Positions 25,871 to 37,032 of a DNA stretch of 64,000 nt are shown here, piece by piece. Origin of the DNA: Nemertoderma westbladi (lineage: Eukaryota; Animalia; Xenacoelomorpha); contig JAUCBJ010008006.1 of NCBI GenBank assembly GCA_032718475.1, positions 1 through 64,000 on the forward strand, written 5' to 3'. Numbering within the stretch: position 1 is the stretch's first letter; every line of letters begins with the position of its first letter. The notes under the pieces are model-generated. The model ran no database searches, had not been told where the DNA came from, and saw only the letters and a program-made list of their open reading frames with translations. Made by a program: the position numbers and the translations under genes.

Positions 25871-28800
25871 AGGACCAAGGTAGATATGAAATCGGCCTAC
25901 CATTTCGAAAACGAGAACCTAGATTTATAAATAACAGACCCTTGGCAGAGAAAAGAATCGCTCAATTACATCGACGCCTGACGGCTAATGCTTCAGCTAA
26001 AGAAATGTACCAAGCTCAATTGAAGAAATTTATAACAAAGGGATACGCGGAGCGAGTACCGGAAGGAACACCAGTGACTGAGAGAACGTATTACTTAACA
26101 CATCATTACGTTCCCAAACCCGGTAAACCCCACGAAGTACGAGTCGTATTCGATGGCTCCGCCCTATATATGGGCCAATCCCTCAATTCCGAGTTGTTAC
26201 CAGGACCCAACTTACTCCAATCTTTGTTGGGAATACTTTTGAGATTAAGACAATATTCCATCGCGTTCGCCTCCGATATAGAAGGAATGTTCTTACAAGT
26301 CAAGGCGCTGGATAGAGATAGAGACAGTCTGAGATTTCTGTGGTGGCCTGAAGGAGACCTCAACCAGAAACCGGTAGAGTACTGGATGACCATCCAGGCT
26401 TTTGGGATCATATCAAACCCTTCCAACGCCTGCTCCGTGGTGCGAACCACTGCGAATGACAACCGAGACGCCTTCTCAAAAGAGGTGATAGACAACATCA
26501 AACGGAATATATACATGGACGACAATTTAAGGTCCCTTCCATCAGTAGAAGAAGCCATAGATGTCGCAAAAGGAACGGTAGAGTGTTTGAAAAGAGGTGG
26601 ATTTTGACTGACGAAATTCACCAGCAACTCCCGTGAGTTTCTGGAAGCGATACCGGTAGAAGACCGAGGAGCGAAAGACCTAGACTTAATAAAGGACAAT
26701 CTTCCTGAAACCAAGACGCTTGGCTTGAAGTGGGACACTGAAAGAGATATCCTGTTTTTTCAGTTAAAACAGCGAGATAATCCAGTTCGGACCAAAAGGA
26801 TTTGTTTAAGTATCCTGAGCACTTATTTCGACCCATTGGGATTTATAAGCCCAGTTATATTGATTGCTCGGAGTTTAGTACAACAAATGTGGCTTGAAAA
26901 CCACTCATGGGACGATCCGCTTAAGGGAGAATTGTTAAAGAAATGGATGAAATGGGAAGATTCTCTACCTGCCATCGAGAACTTTATAATTTCCCGTGCA
27001 TATTTTGGCCATGTTCTTCCTACGTATTCCTATCAACTCCATGTGTTTGGAGACGCCAGCGACATGGGAATAGGTATAGTAGCATATCTGCGAGTCGAAA
27101 CCCCGGATGGAATCAAAGTCGCCTTGGTTACCTCGAAGGCATTGATTAACAACAAGTTAAAGGTTCCTCGAGCGGAGTTAAAGGCGGCTTTATACGCTAC
27201 AGCCATCGGCCGGAATGTAACGGAACAAATCGACTATCCACTGGAGAAAACGGTTTATTGGACCGACGCTTTACTCGTGTTGGAGTATCTAACCAATGAA
27301 GTCTGTCAGTTCAGCGTTTTTGTTACTAACAGGGTAGCTATTATTCTTAGTCGCACAAAGATAGATCAATGGAGACATTGCCCTGGTACGATTAATCCAG
27401 CCGATATCGCCTCCAGGGGAGCAACTCCACAGGAACTGATCGATACTCCAGATTGGTTGGGTGGACCCGACTTCCTGAGCAAGGAAGAGGATGAATGGCC
27501 TCCTCACCTTACTACGGCGGAGATTAGACAAGCCAAGGGAGCGGAGACAGTCAAACCTAAAACCCGGGCGAGTAAATCGAAGTTATTTAAACCGACTATC
27601 GATCTATCTGTATTACATACTTCCGGGAATGATGCTTCGGATCCACAATCCCTCAACACAAATAAGTCTGTTGTGGAAATTAGAGATAGAGATTGGAAAT
27701 CTGGAATACCAGACGTCTCGCAAGGAATCTCACCCATGCTGCAGAGAGCAATGCATCACTACAGTTCCTGGAATCGGCTCTGTAAAGCCGTATTTAAGAC
27801 GATGTTTTCATCATCACTACTCCAGGACGAAGACCACTAGTGATACCGCTCCATTGACATCTGCACAAGTTCATGTTATTAAAAATTTACCCAAATATAA
27901 GACATCTGACCGTTTTCTAAAGGAGAAAATTAGTCACCAGGAGCATGAAGAAACCAATAAGCAGATACTGAGACTCCTGCAATGCTATGAGGATTCCGAA
28001 AAGTATTTCCTGTTGTTGAGAAATCCGCAGATGCGCTTAAGGGATCGATTCTCGAGCACAATGATAGATGGGTTAATACGTGTTGGAGGAAGACTCACCA
28101 ATGCGCCCTTATCCTTTGACACTAAATTCCCCATACTCATTAGAAATCTTGAAGTACAAATCAAGATGATTGTAGATGTTCACAGTAAACTTTATCATGC
28201 TGGTAGAGAACGAGTTCTTAGCGAAATTCGAACTCGCTATTATTTTGATAAACCCCGTAGAGCTCTGAACCAAGTTCTTAGGAACTGCATACCCTGTAGG
28301 AAAGCATTCAGTAGGCCTTTAACACAGCGAGAGGCAGAATTACCTAGGGAACGAGTAAGCTTCTATGAACCACCTTTTACTAATACTGGTGTAGATTTAT
28401 TTGGCCCTATTGAAGTATATCGTGCTAGGACTATAGTCAAGAGATGGTGTGTCATCTTCGTGTGCATGACTTGTAGAGCCATCCATCTCGATATGGTGAA
28501 CGATCTATCTACCAACAGCTTCGTCTTAAGTTTACGACGACAGATTGCTCGCTTCGGGACGAGTAATACCATGAGATCGGATAAGGGAACGAACTTCATT
28601 GGTGCCAACAACGAAATACAGGCTTACGTGAAGGACTGGAACCAAAGACAGGTGGACGACCAGCTAAGGATAACAGCGTCTAGCTGGACCTTCAACGCCG
28701 CCGACGCCCCTTGGTGGGGAGGAAGTTGGGAGAGATTAATTCGAAGTGTCAAAACCGCATTTCACTTTATAGTGCCATGCCGCGCGTATCTCACCGACGA

Positions 28801-29392
28801 ACTTTTGCGGACGTTAATGGAGGAAATAGCTGCCTATCTCAATGAGAGACCGCTTATGCCAGTCTCATCGAGTCCCGATTCCCTGGAAGCGCTAACACCC
28901 GCGCACTTCCTACTGAAGAAACCTGTAGCCATGCTCCCACGATCGGAGATTGCCGACGGAGACGAATACTGCCGTCGAACTTGGCAACTTATGCAGTTGC
29001 TATCCCGTCGTTTCGCTGACCATTTCGAGAAACATTATCTGCCCACGCTACAACTTCGAACTAAGTGGTTTGCGCAGCAAGAAAACGTCAGCGCCGGAGA
29101 TATGGTGCTTATTGTAGATCAAGACCTCCCACGTAAACGGTGGCAGACAGGTCGTATCATCGAGACTCACATCTCGGATGATGGTTTAGTGCGCTCAGTA
29201 GAACTTGTCGTCATGCGGCGTAACTTCAAGAAGCCAGGCATAATCTTTGAGACGCAACAACTCAATCGCCCAGTTGGTCGTTTATGTTTACTGGAAAGAG
29301 ACAGAGAACTCTCTGGAAACTATGGAAGGCAAGACACTCTTCCCACGACCACCTCCCTAATTCCTCAAACATCTAGGGACTCCCCAACGTGA
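25845..29392 (+). pseudogene. pol: BEL/Pao pol (RT, RNase H, integrase) with a nonsense codon and frameshifts
   Basis: GRYEIGLPF, RVVFDGS, LNSELLPGPNL, SDIEGMFLQV, YMDD (26512), in-frame TGA at 26605-26607, RNase H LHVFGDAS/WTDA/NPADIASRG, frameshift near 27790, integrase H-H-C-C, GVDLFGP, SDKGTNF, GGSWERLIRSVK and RPVGRLCLLE. Confidence 0.93.
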
Positions 29393-31016
29393 TACGTCTG
29401 GATTGGGTGTATGACTATATTGTTTTATCTATTTTATTATATTTTTATATGCGAACTTTATTATGTACTTTATTATAATCGTTTTTATTCAATTTTATTT
29501 AGTAGAATGTTATTTTAGTGATTATTTAGTAGATTAGTGCAATATATTAGTGTTTATTACGTACGTAATTACTTATAATATATATTTAGTGCGACGGCGA
29601 GAAATAATTTTTTCTCTTTCCTTACTGTCCGTATCATATTATAAATACGTGACTACAGTAAGATGAAATGTCCGTACTTATTAAAGTACAATAAAGCCAC
29701 TACTATATTCAAGTATTATTGGTAGGCAGAGTATCAGGAATGCAAAGTTCAGATCCTCGTGTCTCGGCTAAACCAAGCTCTGGGTAGACCTTGGAAACGA
29801 CTTGCCTCTTCACACTGACATTGCTTCGTGCGATATTGCTCTTCTACCTTATATTAAATAATACATATAGTAGCGTGATGTCCATATAACAGTAGCGTAA
29901 AACGCAAATAAATCTGTTAAACCTTTTGACCATCTGTAATTCTAGTCGATTAAGATATCGCGGCACCCACCGATATACTTGAAAGACAAATTCTAGAATC
30001 AGTGGTTAACGTCCCCAGACAAGCTCTGGAATAAATCGGTGCCCATCTTAAATATTAATTTAATATTTAGTAAAATCTGTAAAATTCAGATCCTTTAAAT
30101 TTCTAGTCAATTAAGATATCGCAGCACTTACCGATACTCTTAAAGGACAATTGTCATAGAATTAAGGATCCTATGCCCCCAGACCTGCTCTGGAATCAAA
30201 TTGTGTCAATTTTAACATCAAATAATAAAATTCACGGAAATAAATTTAAATTCATATTTTAAATGAATTTCATAAATTGTCATTTTGTGCAATTTATAAC
30301 ATTCCCAAAATTCCATTAATTAATAGATCATGGGACCGGAGATTCATCCTATTGAGTGTATTAGAGTGCGAGAATCTCCAACATATAGTCAATAACCGAT
30401 AAAATTAATAAAATCATACATAAAGAGGATATTGACAATTAAAGAATTATTATTAAATAGCATTCCAGATCTGGATGCATGAGAATTACCCTAATTCTAC
30501 CGCTAGCATTCCATAATGTCACCATAGCAACACCCACGCTAGAATTAGAAGCAAGTTAAGAGAACAATAGAAAGCTTGTCCCATTGCATAGCATAGAGAA
30601 TACATAGCACACTGTTAGTATCCAAGGATACACAGTAATAACGTGACATTCTGGAAGGCACTGACTAACGGACAAATGGCCTGTATGTGTACAATTGGTG
30701 ACAGTTGTGTGGAATTTATGCGTTTATAGGTGAATGTTACTGCTAAAGTATGTTTACAGTAGCTAGTCGCAATCGTAAAAGTAGCCCAACTCTCCTATAG
30801 AAAGAACCTAAGTGGATCCAAGCCTTTGGGACGGACAGTGGAGTGACTTGTGCCGGTTATCGTTGTCGTGCTGTTGCTACATGTTGGCGTAAACACCGCG
30901 ACGACGGTACATCGGCGCTGAGAATCCCACTGTCCGGGGGCAAAGAGAAGTAGGCAGCGACGCCCGCTCGCCTAAATATAAACTTATTTTGATATTAATA
31001 AACTCAGATAGCAGAT

Positions 31017-34000
31017 ATGACGGAGTTGATAGAAGATGATCTTGGTATTAGGGAGCGATATACCCTACCTTTACAAGCATTTGTGGATAGCTTAATACGC
31101 GGTGAAGCCGATCCAACCATTACGGAGGACGATGGTCGTTATATCGAACCGCCGATGTCCCAAGAGCAACTTGCGCATGAATTGGACTATCGAAAATTCA
31201 CCACTCGCTATACGAATCGTAATGGTACGTATATGGACTTCTTAACTACCGGCCATCCTATCGATTTGCATGATACGGACGGTGTAGATACAGAGAGGGA
31301 AATGGTTCTATTTAAATATCATACCCAGCGGAGTCGTAACGATAAACCGAGAATAGATCACGAAAATTCTATTCGTAATAGACTGGAAAGAGAAAACGTT
31401 GAAGAACCGGATAAACGCATCGACTTCAACGAATACCTAGAATTTTTGAGAGAAACCTATCTCAACATCGCCAGTCAGCAGAACCTAGAGACTCGATATC
31501 CTCAAGGTATACATCATGACCCTGTGGTAGAACTCAAACGGCTCTATTTCACTATGATGTATCTTACCGCCGATCGTCCACTACCTGTTATCCCGGATAG
31601 TTTTGAACAAATGGAAGAATACTGCAAAACTGGAGAACGATCACCCGCGTTTCCTCTACAGGACGTACGTCTTTGGTATTATTGTGACGAATGCCCTAGA
31701 CCCAACCAACAAACTGAAAGACATAAACATCCGCGGAGACGTTGCGCTAAACACAGCTTTACGCGTTACACTTACGGGAGTTTCGAGCGAAACCTGTTCG
31801 ACGTACCACCTACGATCGCTCGTCTTAAACGATCATTGAATAAACCCATGATCAGAGTTCCGGAATACTCGGTCAGGCCTCCTCATTCCCTAGTGAGACC
31901 TCAAACTCTTGATCCTAACAGTATCACTGATCCTCCCGAACTATATTCCCTGTTCAAAGACTTAGTGTTACCCGAACAATTAATCGGTGGTGCTCCGGTA
32001 GTGGGTTCGTTAGACATTCGCCCATCCTACTTAGCCGGATTGGGACGCGGGCAGCTAATATCGCCCTTTGATCCTTACAATCGTCCAGGATTAAACCCGA
32101 TGCAACCTGCCACGGAAGTCGAGGAGAGCGTTATAAGAAACGCTTTAGACGCCATTCGACAGAAAATCGGAAAGGGAACACAAGATTGTTTAGAGAAACG
32201 TAAATTACAACAACAAGTCCAATCGGTGAAGGAGTTAGCCTTGCCACAGTTCGATAGAGAAATCCAAAACCTCGAGGAAGACATCGAGCTTGGACACACG
32301 TATTCTCTACAAGAATTTTTAGATGAACGCTTACAGAGACAAGCGGAAGAAAATCTACTCGAGGAGAAACACACGAAACTGGAAGAGAGAGAAGAAGCCG
32401 CTTTAGCCCAACCTGAAGCTCAAATCCTCATGACGGACCTCTACTCTAAAACCGTTCGTCATCCCTCGATGATTCCACATTTCGGAGACAAGCTCTTTGC
32501 GACGATACAACCTCAACCGGTTGATATCAGTACAGGATCGCAAAATCTTATCGCTGACGCCCCTATGTTACAGCGTCCGCCGATCGAGGCCGCTCGTGTT
32601 GACGGTATACTCGTTGAACCTCCGGACAATCGAGCGGATCTTGTCCGTCGTATGGTACACGATGTCAACATACGCGCTAGACCTTTACAGAACTCGTTTT
32701 ATGGCATTAAAGACCACCCTTATTACGTTAATCTGACTCAATATTATATGGTAAAACCAGAAGACCCGACACATAATTTAAAGTTTCTACCACTAATAAA
32801 TCCTCTAGACATTGTCGAACTCGAACAATTGCAGAAACATCTGGATCAGTTAGTAAAGGTAAACTCATTTAGAAAACCATATAACATTTCTCGAATCGAG
32901 AAAGATATAGAACCTCCTTATAATCTCGATGGATTTATTAAAACTCGATTAGTCCATTGGAATCTAGATGTATTATTTGAAGAAGAGAAAATACAAAGAT
33001 ATGGAAATGTGGAGACGTATACCACTCGGCACATGAAGTATAGTGATCTCCCTGACGCTAACCAATGCGCCACCTTGTGGCATCCAGTAGGGATGACCCT
33101 AGAGAACGCCACCAAGGAGTGGAATGAAACTCTTAATGTTATTGAGATGTATGGAGTTGTCACCTACGATAATGAAGGTAGCGTTCCGGTCGGAGAACTA
33201 GGAACTACGCGCATGATCCACATACGCGGATTAGCTGGTTCTACCCACGTGTTTACTCGAGCGTGTTCCGACGTGATTGATTATTCTTTTGAAACTCTCA
33301 CCGAAACACAAAAGAATCTCCGACATGGACAATTCGAACTCGCGCAGCGTTACGTCATTGACACCGAACGCAAACCGGCCATGGGCATCGATGGATCGAT
33401 GTTACCCCAGCCCGTACTCGAGATGTTGTTCAACGAAAGAATCCTTAAAATCGGCTCAGCTGTTTATGGAGATCTCCAAAACAACTTTCGGAATATGGAG
33501 AACATTCCATACCCTTTCGTTGATACTCAGCTGATTGCTCCCTGGGCAGAAGGTCGAGGTTTCTTCCGCACCATGTATGCTAATACGTCTAGCAACATCA
33601 CAAAGGTGCAACGAACTTCCATCGGACATCTTGCCTTTCAGGAATACGGATGGAATTTCAAAGTCGGAAATCCCATTAACTATCAACAAGTATACGGAGA
33701 CCATTATTCTCGATTATACTTTGATGGACCATTGACCGCACCTGGCGCCGTGTATAGCTTCATGAGTGTTCCACTCCGTCCCTCCTTAGCTATATACACG
33801 ATCTTTGAAAACACCGCACTTGCCGGTTGGCTAGCCGATGTGTGCAGTCGTACTATACGCGCCCATCCATTAATACTTGGGACCAAACTCGCTAAGCTAG
33901 ATGAACATAATAAATTCATCCGCTTCGAATGTTTCCGACGATTTTTAACCCCGTTCCGCAACGTGGATAGCCAATTTAAAGACCGCGCTTTGACCAAGCT

Positions 34001-34904
34001 CAGCCTAAGAAACTCAGCTGCAGAGAAGTTGGATAGCGCTGGATTCGCCATTTTCCAAGAGATTTGTATATCGAACTTGCACTCCTCTGTTATACAAAGA
34101 CCTCGAATCCCCACAGGTTATTCTGTCGTGGAAATTCAGACAATAGGTCCACCTGAAGAGACAGACACGCCCACCTCGGCTATGCACTTGGAAGACGAAC
34201 CAATATGTCTAGAATCTGAGGAGATTCAGCCTATCGCGCCCCGGAACAGCGACAACGATTACATCATAGAATGGTATCAAGGTCCACAGTGTCTCACTGC
34301 GTACGATTATCGCCATGCCAACTATGTTTCTAGACAACGTTGTCGGTTATGCGCATCGAGAGACCATGATACGCCCATGGACACCAACGTCCGCTGTTCC
34401 TATTTCCAAGAACAACCGACTATGGAAATTTATTGCGCATATTGCAGACTCAATAACTTGCATATTTTTGCGGTTTGCCCTCAATTTATGACTCAATGTC
34501 ACCATTGTCAACTAAAGGGACACGCCAGTTTCGATTGCCCTTTTAATCGCGATTTGGAAAGCGTAGATGAAATGATCACACTACGTTACATCAGAGCTTG
34601 GGAAGCGAACGCTGATTTACATTGTGATTCGCGCCATCGCTATTATCCTGGACGCGCTTACGAAGGAGTTTATGCGTTCCATCCTTATCTATTCGCTTCT
34701 GTCGAACAGAAATCACGCATATCGAGTTACGAACTACTGAAGCGCGTCGGAGAATGTATTTCAACCAAGTTCGTACGTAAATTTCTCAGGAGTGTTAATC
34801 CTAGCGACCTTCATTCCTATAACTTAATCAATTACATCCGTCAGGATCCGGACTATGGAGACTTATTTGTTAACTCACACCCCGAGTTACAGGAAGTATA
34901 TTGA
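31017..34904 (+). CDS. Retrotransposon ORF3, 1295 aa: DEDDy (RNase D/WRN/EXD-like) 3'-5' exonuclease-like domain plus C-terminal triple zinc knuckle
   Basis: Uninterrupted ATG-initiated ORF between integrase and 3' LTR. Motifs: GVVTYDNEG (ExoI), LPQPVLEMLFNERILKIGSAVYGDL (ExoII), FVDTQL, SIGHLAFQEYG, PLRPSLAIYTIFE (ExoIII-like); knuckles CRLC-H-C, CAYC-H-C, CHHCQLKGHASFDC. The ORF is certain; the domain call is by motif recognition. Confidence 0.8.
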   Translation: MTELIEDDLGIRERYTLPLQAFVDSLIRGEADPTITEDDGRYIEPPMSQEQLAHELDYRKFTTRYTNRNGTYMDFLTTGHPIDLHDTDGVDTEREMVLFKYHTQRSRNDKPRIDHENSIRNRLERENVEEPDKRIDFNEYLEFLRETYLNIASQQNLETRYPQGIHHDPVVELKRLYFTMMYLTADRPLPVIPDSFEQMEEYCKTGERSPAFPLQDVRLWYYCDECPRPNQQTERHKHPRRRCAKHSFTRYTYGSFERNLFDVPPTIARLKRSLNKPMIRVPEYSVRPPHSLVRPQTLDPNSITDPPELYSLFKDLVLPEQLIGGAPVVGSLDIRPSYLAGLGRGQLISPFDPYNRPGLNPMQPATEVEESVIRNALDAIRQKIGKGTQDCLEKRKLQQQVQSVKELALPQFDREIQNLEEDIELGHTYSLQEFLDERLQRQAEENLLEEKHTKLEEREEAALAQPEAQILMTDLYSKTVRHPSMIPHFGDKLFATIQPQPVDISTGSQNLIADAPMLQRPPIEAARVDGILVEPPDNRADLVRRMVHDVNIRARPLQNSFYGIKDHPYYVNLTQYYMVKPEDPTHNLKFLPLINPLDIVELEQLQKHLDQLVKVNSFRKPYNISRIEKDIEPPYNLDGFIKTRLVHWNLDVLFEEEKIQRYGNVETYTTRHMKYSDLPDANQCATLWHPVGMTLENATKEWNETLNVIEMYGVVTYDNEGSVPVGELGTTRMIHIRGLAGSTHVFTRACSDVIDYSFETLTETQKNLRHGQFELAQRYVIDTERKPAMGIDGSMLPQPVLEMLFNERILKIGSAVYGDLQNNFRNMENIPYPFVDTQLIAPWAEGRGFFRTMYANTSSNITKVQRTSIGHLAFQEYGWNFKVGNPINYQQVYGDHYSRLYFDGPLTAPGAVYSFMSVPLRPSLAIYTIFENTALAGWLADVCSRTIRAHPLILGTKLAKLDEHNKFIRFECFRRFLTPFRNVDSQFKDRALTKLSLRNSAAEKLDSAGFAIFQEICISNLHSSVIQRPRIPTGYSVVEIQTIGPPEETDTPTSAMHLEDEPICLESEEIQPIAPRNSDNDYIIEWYQGPQCLTAYDYRHANYVSRQRCRLCASRDHDTPMDTNVRCSYFQEQPTMEIYCAYCRLNNLHIFAVCPQFMTQCHHCQLKGHASFDCPFNRDLESVDEMITLRYIRAWEANADLHCDSRHRYYPGRAYEGVYAFHPYLFASVEQKSRISSYELLKRVGECISTKFVRKFLRSVNPSDLHSYNLINYIRQDPDYGDLFVNSHPELQEVY

Positions 34905-35340
34905 CGGCCTTACGAATACTGAGCCCGCGAACGCGAGTTGGAAAGAACCATTAAACCCCGGAGGTTTCTAACTGCCTATGGTCCACCCACGGCTCTCGTT
35001 CAGACCACTCGTAAAGGACCCGTAAGAGCGGCTGTCTTAAAACGAGCTCTCAAAGCCGTTAGACCTCTCTCCCCCGACGTTGATGTCAATCAACCAGGTA
35101 CTTCGACTGGCGGATACACCGACCATAATCCTACACCCTCTGATGCAATCATATTGCACCCTTCACCCAGGAGTTATAGCCCTCCTTGTAAAGTGGCTCG
35201 CCCCAAAGAGAAAAAGACTCTGGCTAGCTTTAAAAAACTGCGTAAACGCCGTCCGCGCAAGAAAGACTAACTGTTTAGAGTATTTACATATATTAGAAAC
35301 TGTGATTTTTGTATATTTATAAACTTGAATCCCATTTTCT

Positions 35341-35348
35341 GGGAGCGG
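35341..35348 (+). other. Short purine-rich tract (PPT) abutting the 3' LTR
   Basis: gggagcgg directly before the TG of the 3' LTR, preceded by a T-rich run. Confidence 0.55.
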
Positions 35349-36515
35349 TGTAAAAGCTTTTGCGGATATACTCAGTCCCCCTCGCCCGCAAGGTACCGTT
35401 ATAGGTGTTTTAACGGACATAAAAGTCATTCTTCGATATGTGTGCTTTGGTGGACATGGTAAGGCAAAAAACCCGCAATACGTAAAATACCCTGGCACAG
35501 CTTAGCCTTGATGATTCAGATTACGACATCTAACAGCTGGTTGCTGACATGGAAACGGCCATTGGACACATGGTTCTTTGTTTAGCTTAACAGCCAATCA
35601 GAGCGATTTTTTCTGTCGATGTGGAGCTTTTTGGCAGATCATGCTAAGAGTGTTCAGTCTTACTGCTTTTTCTTGATACTGTTGTGTTGTTTCTATCTAG
35701 GCCAGGAACACCGGCTCTAGAGTCAACTCGTTTTCATACTTTAAAAGAAACATTAGTAGGCTTAAATTATAGAGCGTATAACTGTTATCTTATCTCAATT
35801 CATTCTTACATTATCGGTTCAACATACATTATTATACTGCTGTTTACTGTTGTGTTTTGGTTGAATATTATTTGGAGAACATATATAAAGAACCCAAATT
35901 TCCCAATTTTCTTGATACACTACAGGTTAGAGAGACGGGTTATATATAGTGATTGCGACTTATATTATTGTGGTTTGTAGTGAATTTAATGCTATTTGAT
36001 AAGCACTACATGAGTCCGTTGCTGTTCTCTTTATATATGATAAAATTCATTGACGGTCGGCAAATTAGTGAGCAGTATTGTGTGTTACCGGTAGTGTGCA
36101 TGATTGTGACTGATAACTAAGCATTTCCTAAAGAATGCGCCTCATACGTGAATCATAAGCCTTACCGACTTACCGTTGTGATTAGTATAAGTCATATCTC
36201 TGTTTACCTAGATAGAGCGCCACGTCCTAAAGGAACTGTTAATATTTCCCGAAAGTGAATAATATTAGTCAGAAATTATTTATTAACGATCAATCGAATA
36301 ATACAGTAAGCTTACACTGCAATAATAATCTAAGCCCTCAGAATCCAGTCTCCCGGGTATATCCAGCGGGTGAATGGACGCGCACTAGGCTGGCTTCTGC
36401 TAATGTTGTGTTTATTGGTATTAAATATTTGTCAACTTCTAAAGTCTATTGATAAACCAAAAGACATATAAATTTTGGCAGGTTAAACTGCTAAAGGTCT
36501 TCAAAAGCGCGTACA
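35349..36515 (+). repeat. 3' LTR
   Basis: Near-identical to 18219-19385 (offset 17130), followed by TSD GAATG. Confidence 0.97.
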
Positions 36516-37032
36516 GAATGTTTATGGGGTTGTGGGAGTAGGAAAGGCGATTTTAAGAATATAATTACGTATTATATGAAAAACAAATGGCAAGAGGTCC
36601 GTCGGTAAAAAACTGTTATGTTGTTGGCCGGATAAACAGCATATTTTTATAATAATATTTAATTATTTATATTGCATCTTTCTGAGTTTTTAGTTTCCAA
36701 GAAGAGCAACTGACATTTGTCTAATCATTTAACCATTTTTATTACCACCTTAAAAAAACCGCTGTCACAAAAAATTTACACGTTATACCGTAACCTATTG
36801 TGACTTTTAAACTAAATCAATACAAGTAAGTTTTACTTAAAATCAACACAACACATCCAATTTTATTATCTTGTGAAGAATTATAATGATTGAAAACTTT
36901 AACAAAATCCAACGATTATGTATTGTAAAACAGCACAATATTTTTTAAAATAAATAAATATAAATAAACAGACCTATAAACATGTACTAAAATATTAAAT
37001 AAATAAATGGATCACGGCTCCAGTTTGGGTGC

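Larger units (their letters stand above)
18219..36515 (+). mobile_element. Full-length BEL/Pao LTR retrotransposon (18.3 kb) with an extra ORF3
   Basis: Two 1167-bp TG...CA LTRs, 5-bp TSD GAATG (18214-18218 and 36516-36520), gag-PR-RT-RH-IN order with BEL-type triple zinc knuckle and BEL-type RT/RH/IN motifs. Confidence 0.97.

Noticed and set aside
31017-34904. ORF3 as an envelope (env) gene
   Set aside because: No evident signal peptide, fusion or transmembrane segment; nuclease and knuckle motifs are present instead.
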